Assembly (NCBI RefSeq): GCF_028368995.1
Contig: NZ_JAQNDL010000003.1
Location: 2,969,752-3,033,751 of the forward strand
Direction: 5' to 3'
Length of the DNA stretch: 64,000 nt
Source of the DNA: Nannocystis bainbridge
GTDB taxonomy: Bacteria; Myxococcota_A; Polyangia; Nannocystales; Nannocystaceae
Shown: positions 31,174 through 41,737 of the stretch, piece after piece
Numbering within the stretch: the first letter of the stretch is position 1
Layout of the letters: every line of letters begins with the position of its first letter
Notes under the pieces: model-generated
Told to the model about the DNA's origin: nothing
What the model saw: only the letters and a program-made list of their open reading frames with translations
Databases searched by the model: none
Translations under genes and position numbers: made by a program

Positions 31174-33660
31174 GTGAGCGAGGCCCCGCACAAGCGCCTG
31201 CGTGACCGGTGGATCGCGTGGGTCCTCGTGCAGCACCGCCTGGTGCTCGCGCTGGCGCTGCTCCTCACCGTCGTCTCTGCCTACCTTTCGTCGCTGCTGC
31301 GCATCGACAGCGACCTGCGTTCGCTGTTGCCCGTGGACCACCCCGTCCTCGCCAGCATCGACCGCATCGAGACTTCGTTCGGCGCGCTCGGCAGCGTCAA
31401 CGTCGTGCTCAAGGAGGGCTCGCCCGAGCAGCGCCACGCGCTCGCCGACGCCATCGCCGAGCGCGCCGCCCAGAGCCCGCTGGTGCGCGACGTCGAGTAC
31501 CGCCTGCGCAGCGATTTCTTCGCCGAGCACGCGCTCTACTACCTTGCCGACGCCGAGATGGAGGCGCTCGACGAGCACTTCCAGGCGTGGACGCACTACG
31601 AGCTGTGCCGCGCCGAGCCCGACGTCTGCCTCGACCAGCCCGACCCCGAGGCGCCCAAGGCCCTGCGCACCTTCATCCGCAGCAAGCAGGACGCGGCGCT
31701 GGCTCGCACCAGCTTCCAGGACTACTTCGAGCGCGACGAGATCTCCGCGCTGGTGCTGCTGATCCACCCGACCCAGCCGTCGAGCGACCTCGACTTCGCC
31801 GCGGCGGTGTCGAACCAGATCCGCGCCGACGTGGCCGCGGTGGTGAGCCAGCCCGGCACGCCGTGGGCCGACTCGGGGATCCACTACAGCGTCGTCGGCC
31901 CGTACACGATCAAGGCCGAGGAGCGCGAGACGATCCAGCGCGACATGCTGCGCAGCGGCGCGTTCGGGGTCCTCGGCGTCATCGTGATCCTGTACCTGCT
32001 GTTCCGCTCGGGCCGCGCGGTGCTGACGCTGCTGGTGCCGCTGGTGTGCGGCGTGACGTGGTCGATGGCGGTGACGGAGATCGTGCTCGGCCGCCTCAAC
32101 GCGATCACCAGCCTGATCTCGACGGTGGTGGTCGGCATGGGCATCGACGCCGGCATCCACATCCTCGTGCGCGTGCGCGAGGAGCAGGGCCGCGGCAGCG
32201 ACCGCGAGGCGCTCGCCCGCGCCTTCGGCAACGTGATCGGCCCGCTGCTGATCGCCTCGGCGACCACGCTCGGCGCGTTCGCGGTGATGGCGAGCTCGGT
32301 GTTCCCGGCGTTCCAGGAGTTCGGCCTGATCGCCGGCTTCGGCGTGGCGCTGTGCCTGCTGGCGATGGTCACGGTCTACCCCGCGATCCTCTGCCTCGTC
32401 GGCGTCAAGCGGGTCGGCGAGCCCGAGGCCGGGCGGCCGCGGCCGCGGCTGCTGACGCGCGTGGTGCTGGCGCGCCCGGGGCTGATGCTCGGGCTGGTGG
32501 CGGCGCTGACCGTCGGCGCGGCCGTGTTCGCGCCGCGGGCCGAGTTCGAGAACTCGACCCGCGAGCTGCAGTCGGCCCGCACCCGCGCGCTCTACAAGCC
32601 CGAGGTGTTCCTCATCAGCAAGATCTTCGGCAAGGACATCCACGCCGGGGTGCTGGTGGTCTCGACGCTCGACCAGGCGCGCGCGGTGCTGAACCAGGCC
32701 CGCGCGGTGCAGGCCGAGCGCATGACCGATGGGACAGGTACCGTCGTCGCCGAGCTGCTCGGCGCGCCCGACCTGTTGCCCGATCCGTCGATCGACCCGG
32801 CCAAGCGCAAGGAGACGATCACGGTGATGACGGCCGACATCCCCGAGCGCACGTGGAAGCGGCTCGAGGAGCGCGCGGCCGGCACGGGCGAGGACGCCGA
32901 AGAGGGCCTGGCGCCCGAGGACGCGCGTCGGCTGCAGAACATGCTCAAGGCGGAGCCGGTGACGGTCGAGCGCCTGCCGCCGGCGATCCGCGACAAGGTG
33001 TTCAGCCCGGACGGCCGCTTCGCGGTCTACGCCTACCCGAACTTCGACGCGGCCGACATCTCCATGGGCCTCCAGTTCATGGAGGAGACGGCCAAGTACA
33101 CCGAGGGCGTCGAGGGCCTGCAGTCGGACGACGCGCTGTTCGTCGGCGAGACCACGGTCTACGCGCTGATGTATCAGCTGATGCAGTCGGAGGCGCCGAC
33201 GGTGCTGGCGATGGCGCTGCTGCTGGTCGCGGTGATCGTGGTGGCGCAGATCCGTTCGCTGCCGCGCACGCTGCTGACGCTGGCGCCGCTGCTGCTCGGC
33301 ATGCTGTGGCTGGTCGGCCTGATGGCGGCGGCGGGCGTGCGCTTCACCCTGTTCAACATCCCGATCTTGCCGGCGATCCTCGGCATCGGCGTCGACAACG
33401 GGGTGTACTTGACCGACCGGATCCGCCACATGCGCGACCAGGCCGGCGGGATCGCCCACGCGCTCGGCGAGACCGGCGCGGCGATCGGCGCGGCCACTGC
33501 GACCACGGCGATGGGCTTCGGCGCGTTCTGCATCGCCGACTCCGGCGGCCTGCGCGGGATCGGCGTGCTCGCGGTGTTCGGCATCGGCATCGCCGCCGTG
33601 ACCGCGATCCTGGTGCTGCCGAGCGTGGCCGCGATCGCGGCCCGCCGGCGCAAGCGGTAG
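31174..33660 (+). CDS. MMPL/RND family transporter
   Basis: Two TM bundles with GMGIDAGIH and GIGVDNGVY motifs. Confidence 0.9.
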   Translation: MSEAPHKRLRDRWIAWVLVQHRLVLALALLLTVVSAYLSSLLRIDSDLRSLLPVDHPVLASIDRIETSFGALGSVNVVLKEGSPEQRHALADAIAERAAQSPLVRDVEYRLRSDFFAEHALYYLADAEMEALDEHFQAWTHYELCRAEPDVCLDQPDPEAPKALRTFIRSKQDAALARTSFQDYFERDEISALVLLIHPTQPSSDLDFAAAVSNQIRADVAAVVSQPGTPWADSGIHYSVVGPYTIKAEERETIQRDMLRSGAFGVLGVIVILYLLFRSGRAVLTLLVPLVCGVTWSMAVTEIVLGRLNAITSLISTVVVGMGIDAGIHILVRVREEQGRGSDREALARAFGNVIGPLLIASATTLGAFAVMASSVFPAFQEFGLIAGFGVALCLLAMVTVYPAILCLVGVKRVGEPEAGRPRPRLLTRVVLARPGLMLGLVAALTVGAAVFAPRAEFENSTRELQSARTRALYKPEVFLISKIFGKDIHAGVLVVSTLDQARAVLNQARAVQAERMTDGTGTVVAELLGAPDLLPDPSIDPAKRKETITVMTADIPERTWKRLEERAAGTGEDAEEGLAPEDARRLQNMLKAEPVTVERLPPAIRDKVFSPDGRFAVYAYPNFDAADISMGLQFMEETAKYTEGVEGLQSDDALFVGETTVYALMYQLMQSEAPTVLAMALLLVAVIVVAQIRSLPRTLLTLAPLLLGMLWLVGLMAAAGVRFTLFNIPILPAILGIGVDNGVYLTDRIRHMRDQAGGIAHALGETGAAIGAATATTAMGFGAFCIADSGGLRGIGVLAVFGIGIAAVTAILVLPSVAAIAARRRKR

Positions 33661-33766
33661 TCGTTTTCGCCTTCAAGGACATGTCGCTCGGGACATGTCC
33701 TTCGAGACATTTTCCATGGCTGGCCCACGGGTGGCGCGAGGTCGCGCGAGCTGGTAGCGTGCGTGC

Positions 33767-36103
33767 GTGACTGCGCCGAGCGAGCGAGGGTCCGAGCTGC
33801 GGGGCGCGGCCGCGTTCGTCGCCGCGGCGGCGCTGCTGGCGGGGGCGCTCGCGCTGGTGCAGGTGCGGCTCGAGCCGCCGCCAGCGCTCGGCGAAGATGT
33901 CCCCGAGGACATGTTCTCCGCGACACGAGCGCTCGCGCGGCTGGAGCGGCTCATCGGCGACGACCTGCCCCACCCGGTCGGCTCGGCCGCGGCGGTGGGC
34001 CTGCGCGCGCGCATGCTGGCCGAGTTCGCGGCCCTGGGGATCGACGCGGAGGTCCAGGAGGGCTTCGCCTGCGGTCCGCGCAGCGCCGGCTGCGGGCGGG
34101 TGTGGAACGTGGTCGCGGCGCTGCCGGGGATCGAGGACGGGCCGGCGCTATTGGTCTCGGCGCACCACGACTCGGTCGCGGCCGGGCCCGGCGCCGGTGA
34201 CGACGGCGCCGGCGTGGCGGCCGTGTTCGAGGTGGCGCGGGCGCTGCTCGCCGGCCCGCGGTCGCGCAACCCGATCGTGTTCGTGCTGGTCGACGGCGAG
34301 GAGTCGGGCCTGCTCGGCGCGCAGGCGTTCGTCGACGCCCACCCGCGCGCGGCCTCGATCGGCGCCGTCATCAACCTCGACGCCGGCGGCACGCGCGGCG
34401 TCACCTCGCTGACGCGCACGACCGCGAACGACGATGGCCTGGTCGCGGCGGTCGCCGAGGCGGTGCCGCGGCCCTACGGCGCCAGCGTGATCGGGGCCGT
34501 CTACGGGCTCACGCCCTACGACACCGACTTCACCGTCTACAAGAACGCGGGCTGGCCGGCGCTCGACTTCGGCTTCGGCGAGGACAAGGCCCACTACCAC
34601 ACCCCGCTCGATCGCCTGGACAACCTCGACGCGGCGAGCGTGCAGCACCTCGGCGACACCGCGCTCGCGGCCGTGCGCGCGCTGGCCGGGGCCGACCTCG
34701 CGGCCCTGCCCGGGCGCTCGCGGGTGTACGTCGACGCGCTCGGGGCCCGCATGCTGCACCTGCGCACGCTGTGGATCCCCGGGCTCGCCGCGCTCGCGCT
34801 CGGGCTGCTCGTACCGGTCGCGCGTCGGCTCGCGCGCGAGTCCGGCGGCGATCGTCGCTCGTGGCTCCGGCGCGGGCTCGGCTTCGCGGCGCTGGTCGGG
34901 CTGCCGGCGGCGATCGGCGCCGGGTGGATGGCGGCGATCGCCTGGCTCACCGCGGCCGAGGTCGCCGGCCACGCGGCCCCGCTGCCGGCCCGCGTCGCGC
35001 TGTGGACGATCGTGCTGGCGACCGGCGGCGCGCTGGTCGGGCCGCTGGCGCGCGCCGACGCGGCCGCGCGCGCGTGGCTGTGGCTCGGGCCGTGGCTGTG
35101 GCTGGCGGCGATCGCCGCGATCACGGCGGTCGCGCTGCCGGGCGCGAGCGTCGGCGTGCTGCCGCCGGCGCTGGTCGCCGGCATGCTGGCGTTTTGGACA
35201 TGTTTCTTGGGCAATGCTCGTAAGAGCATGTCGTGGAGGACATGGCCCTCGGGACCTGTGATCCTCCTCGGCCTGGCGCTGCCGGCGCTGATGTGGCTGC
35301 AGGCGGCGGTGCGGGTCGAGGCGGTGTTCGGCCTCGAACCGGCGGCGGCCGGGGTGCTGGCGCTGCTGGCCTCGCTGCTGGCGCCGCTGTGGCACGGGCT
35401 CGGGCGCCTGCGCCGGCCGCTCGTGCTGGCCCTCGCGGTCGCCTGCGCCGTCGCCACGGCGATCGCCGTCACCTCGCCGGCGTACAGCGAGGCGCGGCCG
35501 CGGCGCCTGAGCCTGCTGTATCACCTCGACGCCGACAGCGGCGCGGGGCGGTGGATCGTCGGCGCGGACGCGCCGCTGCCGGCCGCGCTGCAGGCGGCCG
35601 CGGCGTTCGGCCCGGCCGGGCCGGCGTTCGCGTGGGACAGCGACGCTTCGCCCAGCTTCGTCGCCCCGGACGGTTCGTCGCCGCCCGGGCTGTCGCCGCC
35701 GACAGTCGAGCCCGAGGCGGACCCGGAGCCGCCACCGGGCGCGGGTCGGCGGGTGGTGGTGCGCGTGCGGTCGACCCGCGGCGCGCGGGTGATGGCGATG
35801 TTCGTGCCCGCGGCCGCGGGGCTGCGCAGCGTGGCGATGAACGGGGTGGTCCTGCCGCCCTACCCGGAGCACCGGCGCAAATACGTCGAGGGCGGCGAGG
35901 TCTACGGGATCGTCGCGCCGCCGCCGGAGGGCGTGGTAGTGACGCTCGAGCTGGACAGCGCCGCCGCGGTCGAGGCTGTCGTTTGGGACCTCTCGGAGGG
36001 GTTGCCCGCGGCGGGTGACGCGCTGAAGGCGGCGCGCCCGACCTGGGCCGTGCCCTCGCACGGCGGCGACCGGACCATGGTCTCGCGCCAGATCTCGCTA
36101 TGA
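33767..36103 (+). CDS. Membrane-bound M28 family metallopeptidase
   Basis: AHHDS, GAGDDG, GEESGL, DTDF and YHTPLD motifs, followed by a multi-TM region. Confidence 0.88.
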   Translation: MTAPSERGSELRGAAAFVAAAALLAGALALVQVRLEPPPALGEDVPEDMFSATRALARLERLIGDDLPHPVGSAAAVGLRARMLAEFAALGIDAEVQEGFACGPRSAGCGRVWNVVAALPGIEDGPALLVSAHHDSVAAGPGAGDDGAGVAAVFEVARALLAGPRSRNPIVFVLVDGEESGLLGAQAFVDAHPRAASIGAVINLDAGGTRGVTSLTRTTANDDGLVAAVAEAVPRPYGASVIGAVYGLTPYDTDFTVYKNAGWPALDFGFGEDKAHYHTPLDRLDNLDAASVQHLGDTALAAVRALAGADLAALPGRSRVYVDALGARMLHLRTLWIPGLAALALGLLVPVARRLARESGGDRRSWLRRGLGFAALVGLPAAIGAGWMAAIAWLTAAEVAGHAAPLPARVALWTIVLATGGALVGPLARADAAARAWLWLGPWLWLAAIAAITAVALPGASVGVLPPALVAGMLAFWTCFLGNARKSMSWRTWPSGPVILLGLALPALMWLQAAVRVEAVFGLEPAAAGVLALLASLLAPLWHGLGRLRRPLVLALAVACAVATAIAVTSPAYSEARPRRLSLLYHLDADSGAGRWIVGADAPLPAALQAAAAFGPAGPAFAWDSDASPSFVAPDGSSPPGLSPPTVEPEADPEPPPGAGRRVVVRVRSTRGARVMAMFVPAAAGLRSVAMNGVVLPPYPEHRRKYVEGGEVYGIVAPPPEGVVVTLELDSAAAVEAVVWDLSEGLPAAGDALKAARPTWAVPSHGGDRTMVSRQISL

Positions 36104-36417
36104 CGGCCTGGGCGCAGTTCCGTCCACATGGCCGCAGATGGGCCGAAGCACCGGCGACAGCCGGTCCGAGGTCGTCGCCGCCGCCCGGGTTGCGGGCGCG
36201 CGAGACCCGAGGCCGGCGAGGCACGAAGCCCTGGCCCGCGCGCCTGCCGGGCCGCGTCGGCGAGCTCACCCGCGGCGCGAAGCTGCCCGGTTTTGTCGCC
36301 CTCCGCACGTCCGGCGGCGACGCCCGGCGACATTTGCTATGGTGAACCGGAAGGCGGCTGGCCGCGCGAGCGACGGGCCGTGACAACCCTTCACGACGGA
36401 CTACTCTGGCTCCACTC

Positions 36418-37206
36418 ATGAACCGCCTCCGGCCCACCAAAGGGCGCCGGCCCTTCGGCACCCCGCGTCGCCTGCGCCCCGACCTCGCGCGTGACGGCGT
36501 GCTCGAGGCCGATCGCGAGGCCCCGGAGACGCAAGCGCTGGTGCGCCGCGGGGTCGGTTGGGACCAGTCGGCGGCGCTCGAGACGACCCCGTTCCGCGAG
36601 ACGGACCCGCTCGATTCGCCGCTGTCGTCGCGGATCTTGAGCCTGCTTTCCGACCCGCGGATCGATTTCCTGACGGTGGCCTCGGCCGCGGACGCGCTCG
36701 GCTCGCCGCGCCAGGACGTCGAGAACGCGCTCGAGGCGATGCGCCAGGCCGGCGTGCTGCTGGCGATCGGCGGCGGCTCGGTGGTCCGCTACGGGGTCAC
36801 GCCCGAGACGAAGGGCGAGCTCGAGGCCGAGTTCCGCGCCGCCGCGCAGGAGCTCGGCGAGCACGCGCTGCTGGCTCGCCTGTCGACCGAGTCGGCCATG
36901 GTGCCGTTCGAGGACGAGGAGCCGCGGCTGCCCGCGACCGCCGGCCTGCTGAGCCTGTTCCTGCCCGGCACCGGCCAGCTGCTCAACGGCGACATCGGCC
37001 GCGCCTCGCTGGTGTTCGCGGTGTGGAGCCTCGCGTGGATCACCCATCTGTCGCCGGTGTGGACCTTCGTGTGCCTGTACGCCGGCGCCGAGGCGTTCTT
37101 GACCGCGAAGATCCGCAGCATGGAGCGCAAGCTGGCCGAGGACAACCACGCGCTGCCGCCCGCCGGCGCCGGCCCGAAGAAGCTGCCCGCGCCGCGGCCG
37201 ACCTGA
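36418..37206 (+). CDS. Hypothetical membrane protein (HTH-like N-terminal part, TM2-like C-terminal part)
   Basis: AGLLSLFLPGTGQL motif; start codon uncertain. Confidence 0.6.
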   Translation: MNRLRPTKGRRPFGTPRRLRPDLARDGVLEADREAPETQALVRRGVGWDQSAALETTPFRETDPLDSPLSSRILSLLSDPRIDFLTVASAADALGSPRQDVENALEAMRQAGVLLAIGGGSVVRYGVTPETKGELEAEFRAAAQELGEHALLARLSTESAMVPFEDEEPRLPATAGLLSLFLPGTGQLLNGDIGRASLVFAVWSLAWITHLSPVWTFVCLYAGAEAFLTAKIRSMERKLAEDNHALPPAGAGPKKLPAPRPT

Positions 37207-37245
37207 GTCCGTTCGGGCAGGTCCCGGGTCGGCTTTGCATCGAGG

Positions 37246-37328
37246 TGTTCTTTAGAGCATGTCCCCGGGCACATGCTCTTTCGAGCATGCGCGAAGGGGC
37301 ATGCCCTTTCGAGCATGTCCCTTCGGCA
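37246..37328. repeat. 14-bp palindromic unit array between convergent genes
   Basis: CATG at 37258, 37272, 37286, 37300 and 37314. Confidence 0.93.
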
Positions 37329-37336
37329 CGCCGCGC

Positions 37337-39754
37337 TCAGCCGTGATCGATCGGCCCCGGCGCGACGCCGCGGGCGCGGCTCGGCAGGGTCAGCGGCACG
37401 TAGGGCAGGCGCTGGGCCGGGGTGAACTCGGCCGGCGCGTGCAGCCAGCGGTAGCTGAGCCAGCGCTCGAGCACCGACTGGGTGTAGGCGCGGGTCTCGT
37501 CGTAGGGGATGGCCTCGATGAAGAGGTCGAAGTCCCAGTCCTTGCGCTTCTCGAGCCACTTGTCGACCGCGCCGGCGCCCGCGTTGTAGCTGGGGATCGC
37601 CAGCGGCACCGCGGCCTCGTCGCCGCCGTAGCGACGGACCAGGTTGCCGAGGTAGAGCGTGCCGAGGTCGAGGTTGAGCGACGGGTCGTGGAGGCGGGCG
37701 TCGTTGAAGCTCTCGACGCCGGCCTGGCGCGCGAGGTCCTTCGCGGTCGCCGGCATCAGCTGCACGAGGCCGCGCGCGCCGGCCCACGACGTCACGCCCG
37801 GCTCGAACCGGCTCTCGGTCTGCATGATGGCGAAGGTGAGGAACCACGGGACCTGGTGGGCGCCCTCGCCGGCGCGCACGAGGTCGGAGAACGCCAGCGG
37901 GTGGGCGATCGTCCACAGCTCGCGGTTGGCGACCCCGGGCGGGCTCTGGCGCCAGCTGCTGCCGAGCGCGCCGAGCAGCCGCTGCGATTCGCCGTAGAGC
38001 CCGGCCTGGGCCAGCACCGCGGCCGCGGGCCAGCCGTCGATCTTGGCCTCGCTGAGCTCCTCGCGGGCCTCGTCGCCGAGGCCGAGGCGGGCCAGCAGCA
38101 GCGCGCGCTCGGCCGCGGGCGTGGCCGGCAGGTCGAGGCGCGGGGCGGACTGATCGGCCGCCTTCGAGAGCGCCGCGATCCCGCGCGCGAGCGGCTCGTC
38201 GCCAGCCTCGCGCAGGCGCGACATAGCCTGAAGGCCAGGATAGCTGAGCGGCGCGGTGGCGACGACGTCGAGCCAGGCGGTCACGGCATCGTCGGCGCGG
38301 CCGAGCCGGTGCAGGCCGCGGCCGCGGAAGTAGTGCAGCTTGGCGCGGTCGCGCAGGTCGAGGCCCTTGCCGGCGAGGCCGTCGTCGGCCAGCTTGAGCG
38401 CGTCGGCCGGGCGGTCCTGCGTCAGCGCCAGCACCAGCAGCCGGCGCCGCGCCTCGAACGCCATGTCGCCGCCGGCGAACTCGCCCAGCATGCGCTCGTA
38501 GGCCTGCCGCTCGCGCGGCTTGTCGCTCTTCTCGGCCCACGACTCGCCGGCCAGCAGCAGCGAGTCGTCGGCGTAGCTGTGGTCAGGGAACTCGTCGGCG
38601 ACCGCGGTGAACTGCTTGGCCGCGCGCTCGTACTCGCCCTCGGCGTAGCGGCCGCGACCGGCCTGGTAGAGGGCCTTGACGAGGGTGTCCTTGCGGACAG
38701 GCCCGGCCTTGCGGCAGGCCATCGCCGCCGACTCGAACACCGGGCGCGACTTGGCCCGCTTGCGCTGCTTGAAGATCGCCGTGCCCTTGAGGAACAGCGC
38801 CTCGCAGCGGTCGGCCTCGGGCGGCTGCAGCGCGAGGAACTCGTCGACGTCGCGCAGGACCGCGGCGTAGCGGCTGCGCGCCAGTTGATCGCGGATCTTC
38901 GCCAGCTGGCGCTGACGCATGGCGTCGCGGTCCTCGGTGAAGCTGCGCCGCAGTCCGACCTTCTGCGCCAGCGCCGGCAGCCGCTCCTCGGCCTCGCTGC
39001 CGTAGTCGGACAGCGGCACGTCGAGCAGCAATTTTTCGTAGAGCTCGATCGCCTCGCGCAGCTCCTCGGGCGCCTCGCCTTCGGCCAGCAGCCGGGCCCG
39101 CTTGGCCCGCACCTCGTGCCGCCGCGGCGACTCGGGGAACTTGGCCAGGAAGCCGGCGTACTGCGCCAGCGCGCCGGCGCGGTCGCCGGTGCGCGCCTTG
39201 GCGTCGGCGCCGGTGATCGTCGCGGCCGGCTCGATCGCGGTGCCGGCCGCGGCTTCGACCAGGCCGGCGAGCGGCGCCACGGCCTTGTCGGGCATGCCGG
39301 CGTCCAGCCACGCCTGGGACTCGAGCAGGCGCAGGCGCGGGGCGACCGCGGACAGCCCGGGCGCCGTGCGGGCCTCGGCCAGCCGCCTGGCGCCCTCGGC
39401 GTACTTCTGCGCCCGCAGGTCCTCGAGCGCGCGCAGCCACAGCGCCGCCCCGCGGTCGTCGGCCGCGAGCGCGCCGTCCTGCAGCACCTCGTCGAGCAGC
39501 TTGACCGCGGCGGGGAAGTTCTGCCGCTCGCGCGCGAGGATGGCGTCGCGCCCGGGCCCGCTGGAGAACCACAGCTTGCGCTCGGGCTCGGCGACCGTCG
39601 GCGGGTCCTTCTTGGCGTCCTTGTCGGGCTCGCTGTCTTGCCGGCCGAGGTCGCCGGTGAACAGCGGCGGGGTGGACTCGCCGCGACATGCCCCAAAGGA
39701 CAGGCTCATCAGGACGAGCAGGGCGACCGGGCCGCGATTCGAAAGGCGTTGCAT
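37337..39754 (-). CDS. TPR-containing soluble lytic transglycosylase (Slt-type) lipoprotein
   Basis: FGAC lipobox; TPRs; AIMQTESRF, GARGLVQLMPATA, SYNAG and IPYDETRAY motifs. Confidence 0.92.
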   Translation of the reverse strand: MQRLSNRGPVALLVLMSLSFGACRGESTPPLFTGDLGRQDSEPDKDAKKDPPTVAEPERKLWFSSGPGRDAILARERQNFPAAVKLLDEVLQDGALAADDRGAALWLRALEDLRAQKYAEGARRLAEARTAPGLSAVAPRLRLLESQAWLDAGMPDKAVAPLAGLVEAAAGTAIEPAATITGADAKARTGDRAGALAQYAGFLAKFPESPRRHEVRAKRARLLAEGEAPEELREAIELYEKLLLDVPLSDYGSEAEERLPALAQKVGLRRSFTEDRDAMRQRQLAKIRDQLARSRYAAVLRDVDEFLALQPPEADRCEALFLKGTAIFKQRKRAKSRPVFESAAMACRKAGPVRKDTLVKALYQAGRGRYAEGEYERAAKQFTAVADEFPDHSYADDSLLLAGESWAEKSDKPRERQAYERMLGEFAGGDMAFEARRRLLVLALTQDRPADALKLADDGLAGKGLDLRDRAKLHYFRGRGLHRLGRADDAVTAWLDVVATAPLSYPGLQAMSRLREAGDEPLARGIAALSKAADQSAPRLDLPATPAAERALLLARLGLGDEAREELSEAKIDGWPAAAVLAQAGLYGESQRLLGALGSSWRQSPPGVANRELWTIAHPLAFSDLVRAGEGAHQVPWFLTFAIMQTESRFEPGVTSWAGARGLVQLMPATAKDLARQAGVESFNDARLHDPSLNLDLGTLYLGNLVRRYGGDEAAVPLAIPSYNAGAGAVDKWLEKRKDWDFDLFIEAIPYDETRAYTQSVLERWLSYRWLHAPAEFTPAQRLPYVPLTLPSRARGVAPGPIDHG

Positions 39755-39764
39755 CACCTGCTCC

Positions 39765-40676
39765 TTAGACCAGCCGCGTCGGCTCGTTCTCTGGGTCGTA
39801 GATCTCGACGCGATCACCACCGGCGCGGCGGGCGATCGTCAGCGCGACCTCGGCGGCCTTGATCAGCGCGTCGGCGGTCGGCTCGTGCAGCAGCGCCAGG
39901 TCGGCGACCCCGAGCGACAGCGTCACGTGCGTCGCATCGGCGCCGGGCAGCTCGCGCGCGGCGATCGTCTCGCGCAGCCGCCGGGCGGCCCGCGAGGCCC
40001 GCATGGCGTCGACGTCGCGGCACAGGAAGGCGAAGTCCTCGTCACCGAGGCGGGCCAGCAGGTCGTCGCTGCGGGTGCTCTCGACGATCGTCAGGCACAT
40101 GGCCCGCAGGACCTGGTCGGCGGTCGCGTCGCCGACGCTCGCGCGCACGCCGGCGAAGCCGTCGACCTCGAAGCGGACCAGCGCCAGCGGCTTGCCGTGC
40201 CGCAGCGCCACGGCGACGTCGCTCTCGAGCCGATTCAAGAAGTAACCGCGGGCGAACAGGCCGGTGAGGCGGTCGCGCAGCGTCGACTCGTACAGCTCGC
40301 GCTGGTGGTCGTCGTCGGTGTCCTCGTGGAAGGTGAAGCGGAGCACGCTGGCGGCCCCGAGCTGGATCTTGTCGCCCTCGCGCAGCGCGTAGCGATCGAC
40401 GCGCTCGCCGTTGGCGAAGGTGCCGTTGGTCGAGCCGGCGTCGGACAGGTAGTACACGCCCTTGTCGACCGTTACGGCCGCGTGGGTGCGCGAGATTCCC
40501 TCGTCGTTGACCCGCACCGTCGCCGTCAGCCCGCGGCCGATCGTGGTGTACTTGGGGTCGAGCTCGAACATCTCGCCCATGCGGTCGCCCGCGAGCACCA
40601 CGACGAACGCCTTCCGCGGCGCCTCCTTGTCGGAGGCGCGGTCGGGAGCCTGAAATCGTCCGGGCGCGGCGGCCAC
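39765..40676 (-). CDS. FHA + degenerate GGDEF domain protein
   Basis: IGR, ISRTH and GSTNGT FHA motifs; DRLTGL; active site reads GDEDF; start uncertain. Confidence 0.85.
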   Translation of the reverse strand: MAAAPGRFQAPDRASDKEAPRKAFVVVLAGDRMGEMFELDPKYTTIGRGLTATVRVNDEGISRTHAAVTVDKGVYYLSDAGSTNGTFANGERVDRYALREGDKIQLGAASVLRFTFHEDTDDDHQRELYESTLRDRLTGLFARGYFLNRLESDVAVALRHGKPLALVRFEVDGFAGVRASVGDATADQVLRAMCLTIVESTRSDDLLARLGDEDFAFLCRDVDAMRASRAARRLRETIAARELPGADATHVTLSLGVADLALLHEPTADALIKAAEVALTIARRAGGDRVEIYDPENEPTRLV

Positions 40677-40840
40677 TGGCCGGCATCGTAGGGCCCGCCG
40701 GCCCCGCGGGGCAACATTTGGGCCCTTCCAGGCCGGGGCGCCCGCGGCGCGCGCTGGAGGGCTTGCGCGGGCCGGGTGGCCGCCCCATACTCGTGATTCA
40801 CCGCGGCGCCCGTCGTCGCGGCGAAAGTCCAACCACTCAC

Positions 40841-41198
40841 GGGGGTGTCAGGTTTCGACGGGGGTTCTGAACGTGATGGATTGCGTGCCGGGGCTGCTCA
40901 CTCAGCCACGTAAAAATGAGTGGGAATCATAGCTGCCAACGACAACAGCTACGGCCAGATGGCCCTCGCGGCGTAAGAACCCGCGACATCCCCCCCCCAG
41001 AGGCTCCGATAGGGACGGGGGTGTGATTACCGGAGCTAGCGTGAGCGCCTCGCCCCGAGCGCTCGTGCGAAATGAGGGGATCGCGACGGAGAGGGCCTGC
41101 CGTGGGCATGCTCCGGAGCTAAATCAAATTCAGCGGCTACGCACGTAGTGGTCCCACCGGATGGCTCGCGGACCCGGGTTCAACTCCCGGCGCCTCCA
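40841..41198 (+). ncRNA. ssrA: tmRNA
   Basis: 5' GGGGGTG pairs with 3' CGCCTCC-A including a G3:U pair; T-arm CCGGGTTCAACTCCCGG; tag reading frame 40935-40976 encodes ANDNSYGQMALAA*. CCA is not fully encoded. Confidence 0.96.
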
Positions 41199-41200
41199 CT

Positions 41201-41240
41201 CGGCCGGACTCGGCAACCGAGTCCGGCCAACCTTTTTTCG
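41201..41240 (+). terminator. Rho-independent terminator after ssrA
   Basis: GGCCGGACTCGG-CAA-CCGAGTCCGGCC hairpin followed by a T tract. Confidence 0.85.
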
Positions 41241-41479
41241 CACGGTAACGAGCAAGGTCTCGTCCACCATGCCGCCCCGCTGGCAGACCCGCCCCACGGC
41301 AGTCTGAGCGGGGCGTACTTTTTTGGTCGCCCGCGGCTTCGAGAGCGAGTTTGCCGCAGCCGGGTATCCGGCTCGCCCACGGCAGCGCCTCGCTAGTCTT
41401 GCCGCGACCGGCCGAGCTGAGATTCGCGGCCGTGACGGGCGCGCTGGCTGGGGACGCTCCTGGTCGCCCCAAACTGAGC

Positions 41480-41640
41480 CGCCGCGAACGGCCTCGAGCA
41501 GCTTGGCGCGCTTGGCCTTGTACTCCTCTTAGTGAGGAGCTCGGCCTCGAACGCGGCCTTGAGCTTGCGCAGCTTGGCCTCGAGGCTGTTGTCGTCGGCG
41601 GCCGCTGCTGCGGCTGCTGGAACTGCTGCTGCTGCTTCAC
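41480..41640 (-). pseudogene. Frameshifted SHOCT-domain gene fragment
   Basis: Reads DDNSLEAKLRKLKAAFEAELLT / EEYKAKRAKLLE across a 1-bp shift near 41530; no N-terminal part seen. Confidence 0.6.
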
Positions 41641-41737
41641 GGCGCCGGCATCCCCGACAGCCGAGCGCTTGCCGCGATCGGCTTCCAGGTCCCCGACCCT
41701 GCCCGGGACACCGCGTCGGCTCTCGGCCTCGAATCTC

